In this document: positions 37,670 to 49,400 of the stretch, in pieces | Numbering within the stretch: position 1 is the stretch's first letter | How the letters are laid out: every line of letters begins with the position of its first letter | Program-made: the position numbers and the translations under genes | Assembly (NCBI GenBank): GCA_963836185.1 | Contig: CAWIIQ010000001.1 | Coordinates: 1,152,001-1,216,000, forward strand | Origin: Candidatus Krumholzibacteriia bacterium | Lineage (GTDB): Bacteria > Krumholzibacteriota > Krumholzibacteriia > Krumholzibacteriales > Krumholzibacteriaceae | Direction: 5' to 3' | DNA length: 64,000 nucleotides | The notes under the pieces: model-generated | Told to the model about the DNA's origin: nothing | What the model saw: only the letters and a program-made list of their open reading frames with translations | The model's database searches: none

Positions 37670-38422
37670 ATGAGAAGGATAATCGCGATGGCGATAGCAC
37701 TGATGTTCATAGCGGCGGCGGTCCCGGCTGAAGCGGGATTCGGCATCAAGGTCAAGGGCGGATACACATACATCAGCTACAGTGATTTCAACGACTGGGT
37801 GGACGTGAGCAACAGTGAGATACCGAGCGGGAGCCCCACGCTTGATAACATCAACTGGCTCCCCGAGTTCTCGGCGGAGTTCACGTTTCCCATCGTTCCG
37901 ACATTCTCCGGCGCGGTCGGGATCGGCTACCTCTCCGGCAAATCCGATTACAGCGTGAGCTACGGCACCGAAAGCTTCAGCTATCTGCATGAGGTCAAAG
38001 CGATGCCTGTGCTCCTCAATGTCTACTGGGAGCCTCCGCTCGTATCGATCAATCCTTTCGTATACGGCGGGGTGGGATTCTACAGGACCACCCTCAATTT
38101 CGATTACCGGCTGACCTCCGGAGGGAACACTGAAGGCTTCGAATCGGAGCTGGACAAGTGGGGATTCGGGTTCCAGGCCGGCGGCGGCATCAGGATAGCT
38201 CTGATCCCGACCATCAGCCTCGACATCGGCGCCCAGGGACGCTGGGCCGATATGAGCGGATTCGAGGGTACGACAACGACCAGTGACGGTGAGACGATGG
38301 ATACCTACCTTGCGAAGTATGATGATTATTTCGGTCCCGAGCCCAAGGGCACAGGAGAACCGGAAGGATCTGTCAGCCTCAGCGGATTCACGATGTTTAT
38401 CGGACTTACGTTCGGTTTCTAG
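37670..38422 (+). CDS. Outer membrane beta-barrel protein (OmpW/OmpA-barrel-like)
   Basis: Signal peptide, alternating beta strands, NPFVYGGVG, terminal F; GGAGG RBS. Confidence 0.82.
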   Translation: MRRIIAMAIALMFIAAAVPAEAGFGIKVKGGYTYISYSDFNDWVDVSNSEIPSGSPTLDNINWLPEFSAEFTFPIVPTFSGAVGIGYLSGKSDYSVSYGTESFSYLHEVKAMPVLLNVYWEPPLVSINPFVYGGVGFYRTTLNFDYRLTSGGNTEGFESELDKWGFGFQAGGGIRIALIPTISLDIGAQGRWADMSGFEGTTTTSDGETMDTYLAKYDDYFGPEPKGTGEPEGSVSLSGFTMFIGLTFGF

Positions 38423-38484
38423 TGCGGACATGAAAACGGGCCGGGGGAGAAGTCTCTCTCCAGGTCGCGGAAAAGGCGGGGATA

Positions 38485-39879
38485 ATGCTTTCATCTTTCA
38501 AGAAGTTCCCCAGGACATTCTGGGCGGCCAATACGATCGAGCTCTTCGAGAGGCTGGCCTACTACGGGATGAACATCATCCTCGTCCTCTACCTGACAAG
38601 GAGGGTGGGGTACAGCGTAGAGGCTTCGGCCACGATAACGGGGCTGTTCATATCGGCGCTCTATCTCCTGCCGATACCGACGGGAGCGGTATCGGACAAG
38701 ATCGGATTCAAGAACGGGCTCTTCATAGCCTTCTCCGTCCTTGCCATGGGTTACGGCCTGCTCGGCTTCTTCCCTTCAAAATCGATGGTCCTGTTCTCTC
38801 TCGTCCTGATCGCCATCGGGGGCTCATTCGTCAAGCCGGTGATCTCCGGCACGGTGAAGAAAGCCTCACCTCCGGATCTTTCCAAGCTCGGCTTCTCGAT
38901 CTTCTACATGATCGTCAACGTCGGAGGATTCACCGGCAAGATCGTCGCCAAGCTGCTCAGGCAGAATCTCGGGACGTGGCTCTCGAAGTCGGATTTCGAG
39001 GCGCTGAAGAACTGGGTCGCCGCCAACGTTCCTCCCTTTGAGATGACCGAGGCTCTCGCCTCGAGGGCGGCTGAACAGACGCCGCCTATGACTCCCGAGG
39101 CTTTCATCGATATGCTGAAGTGGCAGGGATTCGGGATGCAGGCGATCTGTGTATTCTCGATGCTGATGGCGCTCGTGGCCCTCGCTCTGGTCGCGCTGAC
39201 GTTCAGGGAGCCGGACAGGACGGACGAGCCGCAGCGGTCGATGGGAAAGACATTCTCCGACATGTTCAGGCTCTTCGGGGACGTGAAGTTCGTCACATTC
39301 ATCCTGATATTCGCCGGGTTCGACCTGATGTTCTGGCAGCTCTACATATCGATACCGAAGTACATAGTGACACACATATCGGAATCGGCTCCGATGGAAC
39401 TGATCGTGGCGATCAACCCGCTGATGATAATCCTCTTCCAGCTCCCCGTCGCGAAGGTCGTGCTGAAGATGAAATCGACGACCACGATGGCTCTGGGAAT
39501 GGGGATCTCGGCGATGGCTATGGTGATGATGGGCCTGCTCCCGACGTTGTGGGGGGCTTGCCTGTCGATAATGCTCTTCGCCCTCGGCGAGATGACATTC
39601 GCGCCGCGCTTCCTCGATTACGTCTCGAACCTCGCGCCGAAGGGCAAGGTCGGGCTCTACCTCGGATTCGCCTACGTCCGGGCGTTTCTCGCCAACATGA
39701 TCGGCGGCCCGCTCGGCGGATTCCTGCTGGCGAGGTACGTTCCCGAAGAGGGGGCACGGGAACCTTGGAAGATGTTCTTCGTCTTCGCCGCTATAGGCGG
39801 AGTGGCTCTTGTAGCACTGTTCCTCTATAACAGGCATTACGGCGAGCAGGAGAAAGACGGGGTGCTGACAGAGGGATGA
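38485..39879 (+). CDS. POT/PTR-family MFS peptide transporter
   Basis: ELFERLAYYGM motif, GFSIFYMIVNVGG, about 12 TMs. Confidence 0.9.
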   Translation: MLSSFKKFPRTFWAANTIELFERLAYYGMNIILVLYLTRRVGYSVEASATITGLFISALYLLPIPTGAVSDKIGFKNGLFIAFSVLAMGYGLLGFFPSKSMVLFSLVLIAIGGSFVKPVISGTVKKASPPDLSKLGFSIFYMIVNVGGFTGKIVAKLLRQNLGTWLSKSDFEALKNWVAANVPPFEMTEALASRAAEQTPPMTPEAFIDMLKWQGFGMQAICVFSMLMALVALALVALTFREPDRTDEPQRSMGKTFSDMFRLFGDVKFVTFILIFAGFDLMFWQLYISIPKYIVTHISESAPMELIVAINPLMIILFQLPVAKVVLKMKSTTTMALGMGISAMAMVMMGLLPTLWGACLSIMLFALGEMTFAPRFLDYVSNLAPKGKVGLYLGFAYVRAFLANMIGGPLGGFLLARYVPEEGAREPWKMFFVFAAIGGVALVALFLYNRHYGEQEKDGVLTEG

Positions 39880-41676
39880 TACTCTCGGCGCCCGACATAT
39901 TCGTACTCTCATCCTATCTCATCATCGTGTTCGGTATCGGTATCGCCATGTCCAGGCGGGCGTCGCGCAGCACCGAGGAGTTCTTCGTCTCGGGCCGGTC
40001 GCTGCCCTGGTGGATAGTCGGCACGTCGATGGTGGCGACTACCTTCGCCGCCGACACACCTCTTGTCGTCTCGGGCCTGGTGGCCCAGCGGCGGGATCTT
40101 CAGTAACTGGATGTGGTGGAACTGGGCCTTCGGGGCCGTACTGACCGTCTTTCTCATCGCGCCGCTGTGGAACAAGGCGAGGATCACAACCGACGCCGAG
40201 TTGATCGAGCTGCGCTACGATGGAAAGCCGGCCCGGGGACTGAGGTTCTACCGCGCCGCGTGGTTCGGGATATTCCAGAACGTGCTGGTGCTCGCCTGGG
40301 TGATGCGTGCGATGGCCAAGATAATACTCGTGGTGATGGGCTGGGACTCGGGGACGACGGTGCTCGGTATTCAGGCGGACGTGTTCACGGTGCTGGCACT
40401 CTTTGTCATCGCGGTCACATATACTGCCCTGTCGGGGCTATGGGGCGTAGTCATCACCGACGTCGTCCAGTTCGTCATGGCGATGGCCGGCTCGATCTAT
40501 CTCGCTGTCGCGACTTGGTCGAGGCTGGGCGGGCTCGACGGTATCCTCGAGCGCCTGCCCGGTTCCGGGTTTGACGCGAGGGAAGTGCTGAGAATCCTGC
40601 CCGCCCCGGACAATCTGCTCGCGGCCAACCCGTTCACCGAGTTCCTGCTGCTTATAGTCGTTGTCTGGTGGGCGTCATACCAGGTCGACGGCGGGGGATA
40701 TCTCTCGCAGAGACTCTTCGCCGCTAAGGATGAGCGGCACTCCGTATTCGCCTATCTCTGGTTTTGCGTCGCGCACATATGCCTGCGGCCATGGCCTTGG
40801 ATCATCGTAGGCATCGGGGGGATGGCCCTCTTCGGGCAGGTCGGCGATCCCGAGACCTACTACCCGATGATGATGCGTGAGATTCTGCCGCCCGGGATCT
40901 TCGGCCTCGTCCTGGCCTCTTTTTTCGCCGCGTTCATGTCTACGATAGACACCCAGCTCAACTGGGGATCTTCACTCGTGGTAAACGATCTTCTGCGCCG
41001 ATTCCTGTGGAAAGGGAAGAGCGACCGTAGCTACATGACCGCCGCGCGCCTGTCGGTCCTCGCTCTGGCGGTACTCGGCGCGCTCGCGTCATTCGCTCTC
41101 AATGATATCTCGTTCGCATGGAAGCTGATCATCTCGATAACAGCCGGGATCGGATCGGTCTACATCGCGCGCTGGTACTGGTGGCGGGTCAACGCCTGGT
41201 CGGAGATATCGGCGATGGCCACCGCCGGAGTCTGTACCCTCGTATTCGCGATCATGGCATCGACCGAGAGGTTCGCCGGATCGCCGGTGACGCAGTTTCC
41301 CTACTCGACGGTCATCACCTTCCTGATAGTCGTGCCTGTCTGGCTCACGGTGACGATGTTGACCAGGCCAGTCAGCGACGAGCGCCTCATCGAGTTCTAC
41401 AGGCGGGTCGGGCCGGGCGGCAGGGGCTGGGACCGGATCAGGGCGATGGCGGGGGTGGAGGCGCTGCCTGGGACGGCCCGTCGGACCGCCCTGAAGATCG
41501 TCTCCGGAATCATCCTCGTCTTCTCGACTCTTATCGGGACGGGGAGCCTTATACTCGGAGCGCCGGGGAGAGGGCTCCTGCTCCTCGGGCTGGCAGCAGC
41601 GGCCGGGATCGCACTTTTTCTCCTGATGCGCGGAGAATTGAAACATTCCGGCGGTAATCGTGTATTAGATAAATAA
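39876..41676 (+). CDS. Sodium:solute symporter, frameshift at ~40086
   Basis: FFVSGRSLPWW, SMVATTFAADTP, GLWGVVITD, QRLFAAK and AAFMST motifs; removing one C joins the two ORFs. Confidence 0.9.
41639..41664 (+). promoter_or_regulatory. Possible ECF promoter TGAAAC-N16-TGTA upstream of tricorn
   Basis: One mismatch to the CGTA box; 45 nt before ATG 41710. Confidence 0.4.
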
Positions 41677-41709
41677 ATCGGACCGGACCATTCACCTGAA
41701 GGAGGGCAG

Positions 41710-44700
41710 ATGAGATCTGCTATATCGCGTGCGGCGGCCCTTGTCGCCGTAGCGGCCGTTATTGCCGCTGCGGCGTTGCCGGCATCCGCGCAGGAGGCCA
41801 GGCTGCTTCGTCATCCCCATATAATGGGTGACAAGGTGGCCTTTGTTTATGCTGGAGACATCTGGACGGTCTCCGCCGGCGGCGGAAGCGCCAACCGGGT
41901 CACTTCGATGCTCGAGGGCCTCGAGGTATTTCCGAAGATATCCCCCGACGGCAAGTGGATCGCGTTCTCGGGCGAATATGCCGGGACTCGCCAGGTCTAC
42001 GTCGTGCCGTTCGATGGAGGCGTTCCAAAGAGGCTGACATACTATCCCGATGTCGGCCCGATGCCACCGAGAGGCGGCTACGATTACATGGTGCTCGACT
42101 GGACGCCGGACGGGAAAAATATCCTCGTGCGTGCCAACAGGACGCCGTTCGGCCGCAGGGTCGGAAGGTATATCCTTATCGATCCGGCAAATCCCGGTAT
42201 CGAGAAGGAGCTCCAGATCCCCGAGGGCGGCCCCGCGTCCTTCTCTCCCGACGGGAAGAAACTCGCTTACAATATCAAGTCGCGCGAGTTCAGGACCTGG
42301 AAACGTTACGTGGCGGGAAGGGCCCAGGACGTCTTCACGTACGATCTCGAGGCCGACAAGGTCGAGACAGATCACAGACTGGGAGGGAACCGACAACTTC
42401 CCGATGTGGGTCGGCGATGCGATCTATTTCGCCTCCGACCGCGACGAGAACTGGAAGCTCAATCTCTGGCGCTATGACATCCCGACAAAGAAATTCGACA
42501 GGGTGACGGCGTTCGAGGAGTTCGATGTACTATATCCGAGCCGCGGCGGCGATCGTATAATCTTTGAAAACGGCGGCTACCTCTACTGGCTCGATACCGC
42601 CGGCGGCGAGCCGAAGAAGATCGATGTAACACTGGGCAGCGACAAGCCGTTCACGCGCACCGTATATACCGGGGTAGGCGGAAGCGTCGAGAGCTTTACG
42701 ATCTCCCCGTCAGGGAAGCGCGCGGCCTTCGGCGCCCGCGGCGACATCTTCACCGTTCCCGCCGAGCACGGCATTCCGAGAAACATCACGATGACGCCTT
42801 CGATCCGGGAGCGCGACGTAGAGTGGTCGCCCGACGGGAAATGGATCGCCTCTCTCTCCGAGGAAAGCGGAGAGTACGAGCTCTGGATCTATCCGCAGGA
42901 TGGAAAGGGCGAAGCGAAACAGATAACGAAGGGCGCCGATTCCTGGATGATGGGGCCGAAGTGGTCGCCCGACAGCAAGAAGATAGCGATCACGGACAAG
43001 AAGAACATCCTATGGATCGTCGACGTGGAGAGCGGAAAGAAAAAGAAGGCCGATAAGAGCGAGATGCGGGGCTTCGGCGGCTATTCGTTCTCCCCTGAGA
43101 GCGACTGGATCTGCTACACGAAGCTCGATGACAACTGGGTCAGCTCCGTATGGGTATACTCCGTCAAATCGGGCAAGAGCATGCAGCTCACCGGCGGGTT
43201 CACCAACGACCGCGACCCCGTGTTCTCCAAGGACGGGAAGTATATCTACTTCGTCTCGAGCCGGGACTTCGTCTACAACGAACGTGAATGGCAGGACAGG
43301 CTCTACATGGGTACACTGTCGGCCGATACGCCCAATCCGCTCTCTCCTCTGAGCGACGAGGAAACGCCCGCCGCGGACGACGAGTCCGGGGAGGACAAGG
43401 GCGACAAGAAGAAAGACAAGGATGAAGGCGATAAAAAAGATGCCGATGAGAAGAAGGGCATCGAGAAGATCGACGCTGAAGGGTTCGACTCGAGGGTAGT
43501 GGCACTGCCCGAGGAGCCGAAGACATACTACGCGCTCACCGCCATCGACGGCGGGCTCGCGTTCATCGTCCGCGAGGAAACGGGAGACACGGAACTGAAG
43601 AAGTTCGATCTCGAATCGCGCGAATCGAAATCGATCATGAAGGATCTGCGCGGCTACCAGCTCACTCCCGACGGGAAGAAGTTCCTCTTCTCCCCGAGAC
43701 AGGGCGGAGGCTACGGTATAGCGAGCTTCGCACCGGGACAGAATACGAGCGAAGGGAAGCTCGACCTTTCCGATATGAAGATGAGGATCGATCCCGCCGT
43801 CGAGTGGAAACAGGTCTATCACGATGCGTGGCGGATCATGCGCGACTGGTTCTACGATCCCGGCATGCACGGCGTCGACTGGAAGGCGATGCACGACCGT
43901 TACGCGGTCCTGCTCCCTTACGTCGCGCACCGCACCGATCTCGATTATATCCTCGGCGAGCTGATCGGCGAGCTGAATGCGGGCCATACATACGTCTTCC
44001 CGGGCAACTTCCCGCAGGTCGACCGCATCAGCGTCGGCCTTCTCGGATGCCGTTTCGAGGCGGACAATGGCAGGTGGAAGATCGCGAAGATCTACGGCGG
44101 GGCGAACTGGCACGACAACGAACGCTCGCCCCTGACCGAGCCGGGCCTCAACGTCAAGGAAGGTTCCTATCTGCTCGCTATTGACGGGCACGAGCTGACC
44201 GCCGACGAGAGCCCTTATATATATCTCGAGAACAAGGTCGGTATACCGGTCGCTCTGAAGATCGGCGAGAAGCCCGACATGAAATCAGCGAGGGAGATCA
44301 GTGTAAGGCCGATCGCCTCCGAGCTGAACCTCTTCTACATGGACTGGGTAGAGGAGAACCGCAGGTATGTCGACAAACTCTCGGGCGGGAAGATCGGCTA
44401 TATGCACATCCCCAACACGTGGTACCACGGGTACAGGTCCTTCTTCGCGAACTTCCAGCCGCTGATGGACAAGGAAGCCCTGATCATCGACGAGAGGTAC
44501 AACGGGGGCGGACATTCGCCATACGAGATGGTCGAGATCATGAGCAGGCGTCCGTTCAGCTACTGGGCGGCGCGCAACTCGCGCGTCAACTCGACGCCGT
44601 TCATCCAGAACGACGGCCCGAAGGCGATGCTGATCAACGGGCTCTCCTCTTCGGGGGGCGACGCCTTCCCGTTCTACTTCCGTGAGGCGGGCCTCGGGCC

Positions 44701-44993
44701 CCTGATCGGAGAGAAGACATGGGGCGGGCTTATCGGTTACGGATTCTCGCCGAGCTTCGTCGATGGCGGCGGATTTGCCGTGCCGGGGTTCGCCTTCATA
44801 AACAAGGAAGGCGAATGGGATGTCGAGGCAGTCGGAGTCGATCCCGACATCTACTGCTGGGACGATCCGGGCACTGATCCAGGCTGGCAAGGAGCCGATG
44901 ATCGAGAAGGCAGTCGAGTATCTTCTCGAGGAGATGAAGAAGAATCCCAAGACGAAGATCAAGAAGCCGAAGGGGCCGGACAGGAGCAACTGA
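41710..44993 (+). CDS. Secreted tricorn-family S41 protease, frameshifts at ~42367 and ~44870
   Basis: Signal peptide, PD40 repeats (SPDGK), ELNAGHTY, PDZ-like domain, DERYNGGG, SSSGGD, KTWGG; corrected C-terminus DPALIQAGKEPMIEKAV...DRSN* ends at 44993. Confidence 0.92.
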
Positions 44994-45016
44994 GGCATCT
45001 GACAGATGACAGTACG

Positions 45017-45047
45017 GGCCGGTTCCCTTCGGGGAGCCGGCCTTTTT
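45017..45047 (+). terminator. Rho-independent terminator
   Basis: GGCCGGTTCCC-TTCG-GGGAGCCGGCC followed by T5 (UUCG tetraloop). Confidence 0.88.
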
Positions 45048-45129
45048 AATATTCCACGCAATTTTTCAGCCCGATATGTTAGTCTCCTGTGAAATCGATA
45101 TCAGGTGCACCGGAGATGGAGGTACGGAG

Positions 45130-46441
45130 ATGAGAAAGGTATTTGCGATCATCCTGGCGGCAGTCGTTCTGGCAGCGATGCTGACCGGCCCCACGTCTGC
45201 CGAGAAACGTGACAGGGTCCGGTACGACAAGTATAAACGCGACGCGGTCCTCAAGGGGATCATCGATGAGATGGACAGCCTCAAGGCGGTCGCCGACAGC
45301 ATCACGGGTGAGATAAACGCGAAGCTCGACGCGGAGGAGAAGAAGACGAAGAAGAAGCGGGAGATCATCCGTTTCGATTTCTCATCGATCGACAAACCCG
45401 AGTCCCCCGAAAGCTTCGACGCGCCCTTCCACTTCCCGCCGATCCCGCAGCACCTGACAGGGATGTGCTGGTGTTTTGCCACCACGTCGTTTCTCGAATC
45501 GGAGGTCGCGAGGCTCCATGGCCGGGAAGTCAAGGTCTCCGAGCTGCATACGGTCTACTGGGAGTACGTCGAGAAGGCTCGCGGTTATGTCCGCAAGCGC
45601 GGCAGGCAGCCGTTCGCGCAGGGGGGCGAAGGGGACGGTGTCCTGATCATCTGGGAGAAGTACGGCGCCGTTCCTGCTGAAAGCTACACCGGCCTGCTCG
45701 AACGGTTCGACTATGCACAACCATTCCCCGATGATGGGGGAGATGAAGGCATTTCTCGAGCTCTGCAAGGAGCGAGGGTACTGGGACGAGGAAGCTATCG
45801 TCGGCCATATCCGTTTGATCCTAGACGAGTTCATCGGCGCTCCGCCCGAGACGGTGGAGCACGAAGGGATGACGATGACGCCGAAGGAATTCTTCCGCGA
45901 CGTACTGGAGATCAACACCTCGGATTATGTCATGATGATGTCGACCCTCTCGGTCCCGTTCAATACGGCCGGCAAGTTCAACGTCCCCGACAACTGGCGC
46001 CCGACGTACGACTATTACAACGTGCCTCTCGATGAATATTACGGGTACATAAAGAAGGCGGCTCAGAAGGGGTATACGGTATGCATCGGGGGCGATGTCT
46101 CAGAGCCCGGCTATTTCGGCGAGGAAGACGCTGCCGTGGTGCCGAGCTTCGACATACCGAGAGACTATATCGATCAGGACTCGCGCGAGCTGAGATTCTA
46201 CAACAAGACCACGCAGGACGACCACCTGATCCACGTGCTGGCTTATAAAAAGGTAAAGGGGAGGGACTGGTTCCTGATCAAGGACTCATCGCGTGCGTCG
46301 AGGCGCGGAAAGTTCCACGGCTACCTTTTCTACAGGTCGGACTACATCAAGCTCAAGATGCTGATGTACATGGTCCACAAGGATGTCGTCTCCGACATCT
46401 GGCCCGATATCGAGAAGGCGAGGGGGGAGCCTGGACGATGA
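45130..46441 (+). CDS. Secreted C1-family (aminopeptidase C/bleomycin hydrolase-like) cysteine peptidase, frameshift at ~45700
   Basis: QHLTGMCWCFATTSFLESE catalytic Cys region, TQDDH His, LIKDS; two ORFs joined. Confidence 0.88.
46386..46430 (+). repeat. Direct repeat copy 1 (3' end of C1 peptidase gene)
   Basis: TCGTCTCCGACATCTGGCCCGATATCGAGAAGGCGAGGGGGGAGC; identical to 54197-54240 except G6 versus G5. Confidence 0.95.
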
Positions 46442-46458
46442 TTGGAACGGTCAGTCGT

Positions 46459-49400
46459 CTACCATTCAGATAAAGCATCCTCCGCAGAAATCGGCTCGAC
46501 GTCTAGCTTGAATCCGTTCTCGGCCTCCGCATCGGGAACTATACGAAGGTTGGTCCGGGACCGAAGGTGCTTGAGGAATTCCTCCCGGGGAAGAGTGAGC
46601 AGGGGAGGACCTTCCGGTATCGGCCAGAGGCGCAGCATCGATTCGTCTTTTGCGCACGATGCGGCGATAAAACGACCCAGCGGATCGAAATCTATTCCAT
46701 AGATACTGGTTGCCTTGTTGCTGATAAGGATATGAGGATCGCCTCCTTTAGTCGAATAAACAGATATACTGCCATCGAACATACCAAAAGCCACCAGGCT
46801 TTCATCGATGTTAAAAGATGTTCCTACGATACCAAGACGATTTTCACTCAGCTGTACCATCTCACCGGTTGCAATATTTCCGAGCTCTTGAGGATAACCG
46901 CGACTGTGGACCGTCCTCATCCCATTCCTGTTGAACCCCTGTATATAAAGACCGAGCCCGCTGTCCTGCAGGATTTTCGAGCTCCCGTCATCTGGGTCGA
47001 GGGATTTCACTACCCACGATCCGATTGAATCGACGTAGTTCCATGTCGTTATCTTCCCTTCATCCGAGAAAAAAGCGTTATATGCGATTTCTTCGAGAAC
47101 CTGGTTTCGCCCGTATCCAGGTCCCATACCCTGATTATCTGGCCTTTACCTGTGAGGTTCTGTGTATTGTCAAGAACGGCCAGAAACGATCGGCCGTCAC
47201 GGCTGAAGCTTATTGAACCAGATAGCATTCCATCGGGAATAGCCATGCGGCGGATGCTGTGATCCTCGATAGAGATGATCACCGGCGGCTCGCCGATGAG
47301 CCTGGATGAATAGGCGACATATCTTCCTTCAGGATCGATCTCGAAGAGCGAGACCCACAGGTCGGCATGCAGCCCTGAGCTGTACAGTCTTCGTGTCGGT
47401 TCCCCGTCATCCAGAGGGATATACCAGAACTCGTTGCCATCCTCTCCTGTCGTAAGCGATATCACCGCGTTGCCATCCGGAGTAACTTTCAACTTCTCGT
47501 TGATGTTGAAATCTTCGTCGATAGTTGTCGGATAATCTCCTGCCAATGGCCAGATCGCCGGATGGACGCCATTCCAGGCCGAGAGTATCGATCTCCCATC
47601 TTCACTGAAAGCAACGTCGTGCACCCAGTGGCTGGCACCTTTGAGTTCGAGAGGTTGAGTTCCCTTACGTGCGGTAAGGTCCAAATCCGTAGAATATCAC
47701 CATCCCAGAAGGTCGCGATCTTCTTCCCGGAAGGATCGAACTTGGCAAGGTACAGCTCCGCGTCAGGTGGACACGCTAACTCTTTTATGAGTGGATAGGA
47801 CGGGTCAGTCATATCCCAGATTCTAAGGTTGCCTTTACCGTCAAATGAAGCAAGCTGCCTGTCCTCGGAATCCAAGGCAAGGCTTCTGACCAGGTCGTTA
47901 TGAGCTCCAACGAGGAGTGGTTTCTTTTCAAGATCAGCCAGTGAATACAGATAGATCTCATTGCCGATGTAATCAACGGCCCATCGCCCGTCTGATGAGG
48001 CTACCGGAGGACCACGATGTTCATCCCTGTATATCATTCCGGTGCTTCCCAGAACCTCAGACTGGCCGTCGGAAAGTGTCCATGATTTCCACAAAGGAAG
48101 GGTTCCGGGCTTGAGCGTTACTGTCAGGAAACGATCCGGGTCAGGGGGCCAGTATCCGAACGACATCCCTTCAGACTCAAGGGTGTGCAGCAGAGCACCA
48201 TCCGGTATGGACCATATCCGGACCGTATTGTCATGGCTGTGAACTGTCATCAGCCTGCTGCTGTCCCGATCGAACTTCACCCTCAGGATGAATCCGGGCC
48301 CATGTCCTTTAAGTTCCAGCGTGCTGTCGCTGTCGGCATGGTACAGCCAGACGCTTCCCTGGCGAGTATAACCGACGGCGTAGTATCTGCTGTCTGGGCT
48401 GATATCGACTGATATGGGACTTCTCGGTCCTTTAAAGGGTAATGAGAAGAATGTCGGAGCCTCGGACAGGTTCTTCATCGCGAGAAGCCTTGTATCCGGT
48501 ATATCATTCAGCTCGAGGCTTGCCAAAGCAAAAGCCACTGCTCTGGTCGGACTGTCTTCCGCGATTTCTCTTCCAAGGCTGGCAAGGAGGTTTGCCTCCG
48601 CCACCCGCGCCGCTTCAGCTCTCTCTGCCTCCGCCGTCCTGCTCTTCCGCAACAGACCAGTAATGATGATAAGGACACCGACCAGTATTATGAAGCCACC
48701 TGCAGTAGCCGTGATAATCCGACGCTGTTTCTGGCGCGCCCTGGCCTGGATGGCTTTGTAGAATGCTTCCTCCTTTGAAGTCAACGAGCCTGGGTATCGA
48801 TCCTTCCACAAGTTGATCTCGTGGTACAGGGCCCCTGTCCAGAGCAGATGCATTCGGACGGCCCTTGGCGTCCCATGTCTCTGCAGCCTGCCGGACCTCA
48901 TCACGGAGCTGGGCGGAATCCTCGTCCTGGGTCTGCCAGCGAACGAGACGGGGCCAGCTCCTGACCAGTGACTCGTGGACTATCTCGACGCGCCTGACTC
49001 CTTCGCCTTCCTCGTCGGGATCCTCGAAGCTGTTCAGCAGACGCGCCCGGGTCAGCTCTCCAAGGACCGCGTCGGCGTCGTCTTTCTCTACCTCCTCGAA
49101 CAGTGAGAGCAGTTCGTTACGTCTTCGGGCGATCAGGGTCGTCTTGGATGTGACAAGGTTGCGGAACAGCTCGCGGACGATCCCCTGCCGCGCTGAGCCT
49201 ATCCTGTCCAGGGTCGATTCCGCATGCTGGGCAAGCGCTCCGCTCACTCCACCGATCTCCTCGTAGGCCTTTCGTGTCAGCAGGTGCCGTCCCCGGTCGC
49301 GCTTCTCCCACAGCCTCGACATCGCGAAGGCAAGCAGGGGAAGGGCACCTCTTTCTCCCTCGACCTCAGAGATTATCTCACTGACCAGATCATCGTCCTC

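Noticed and set aside
43375-43460. Low-complexity GAC/AAG-rich stretch
   Set aside because: It encodes the D/E/K linker commonly seen in bacterial tricorn proteases; not a DNA repeat element.
44870-45049. Acidic C-terminal tail of the tricorn ORF in the track
   Set aside because: Artifact of an extra G; the shifted frame gives the typical tricorn ending and stops at 44993, before the terminator.
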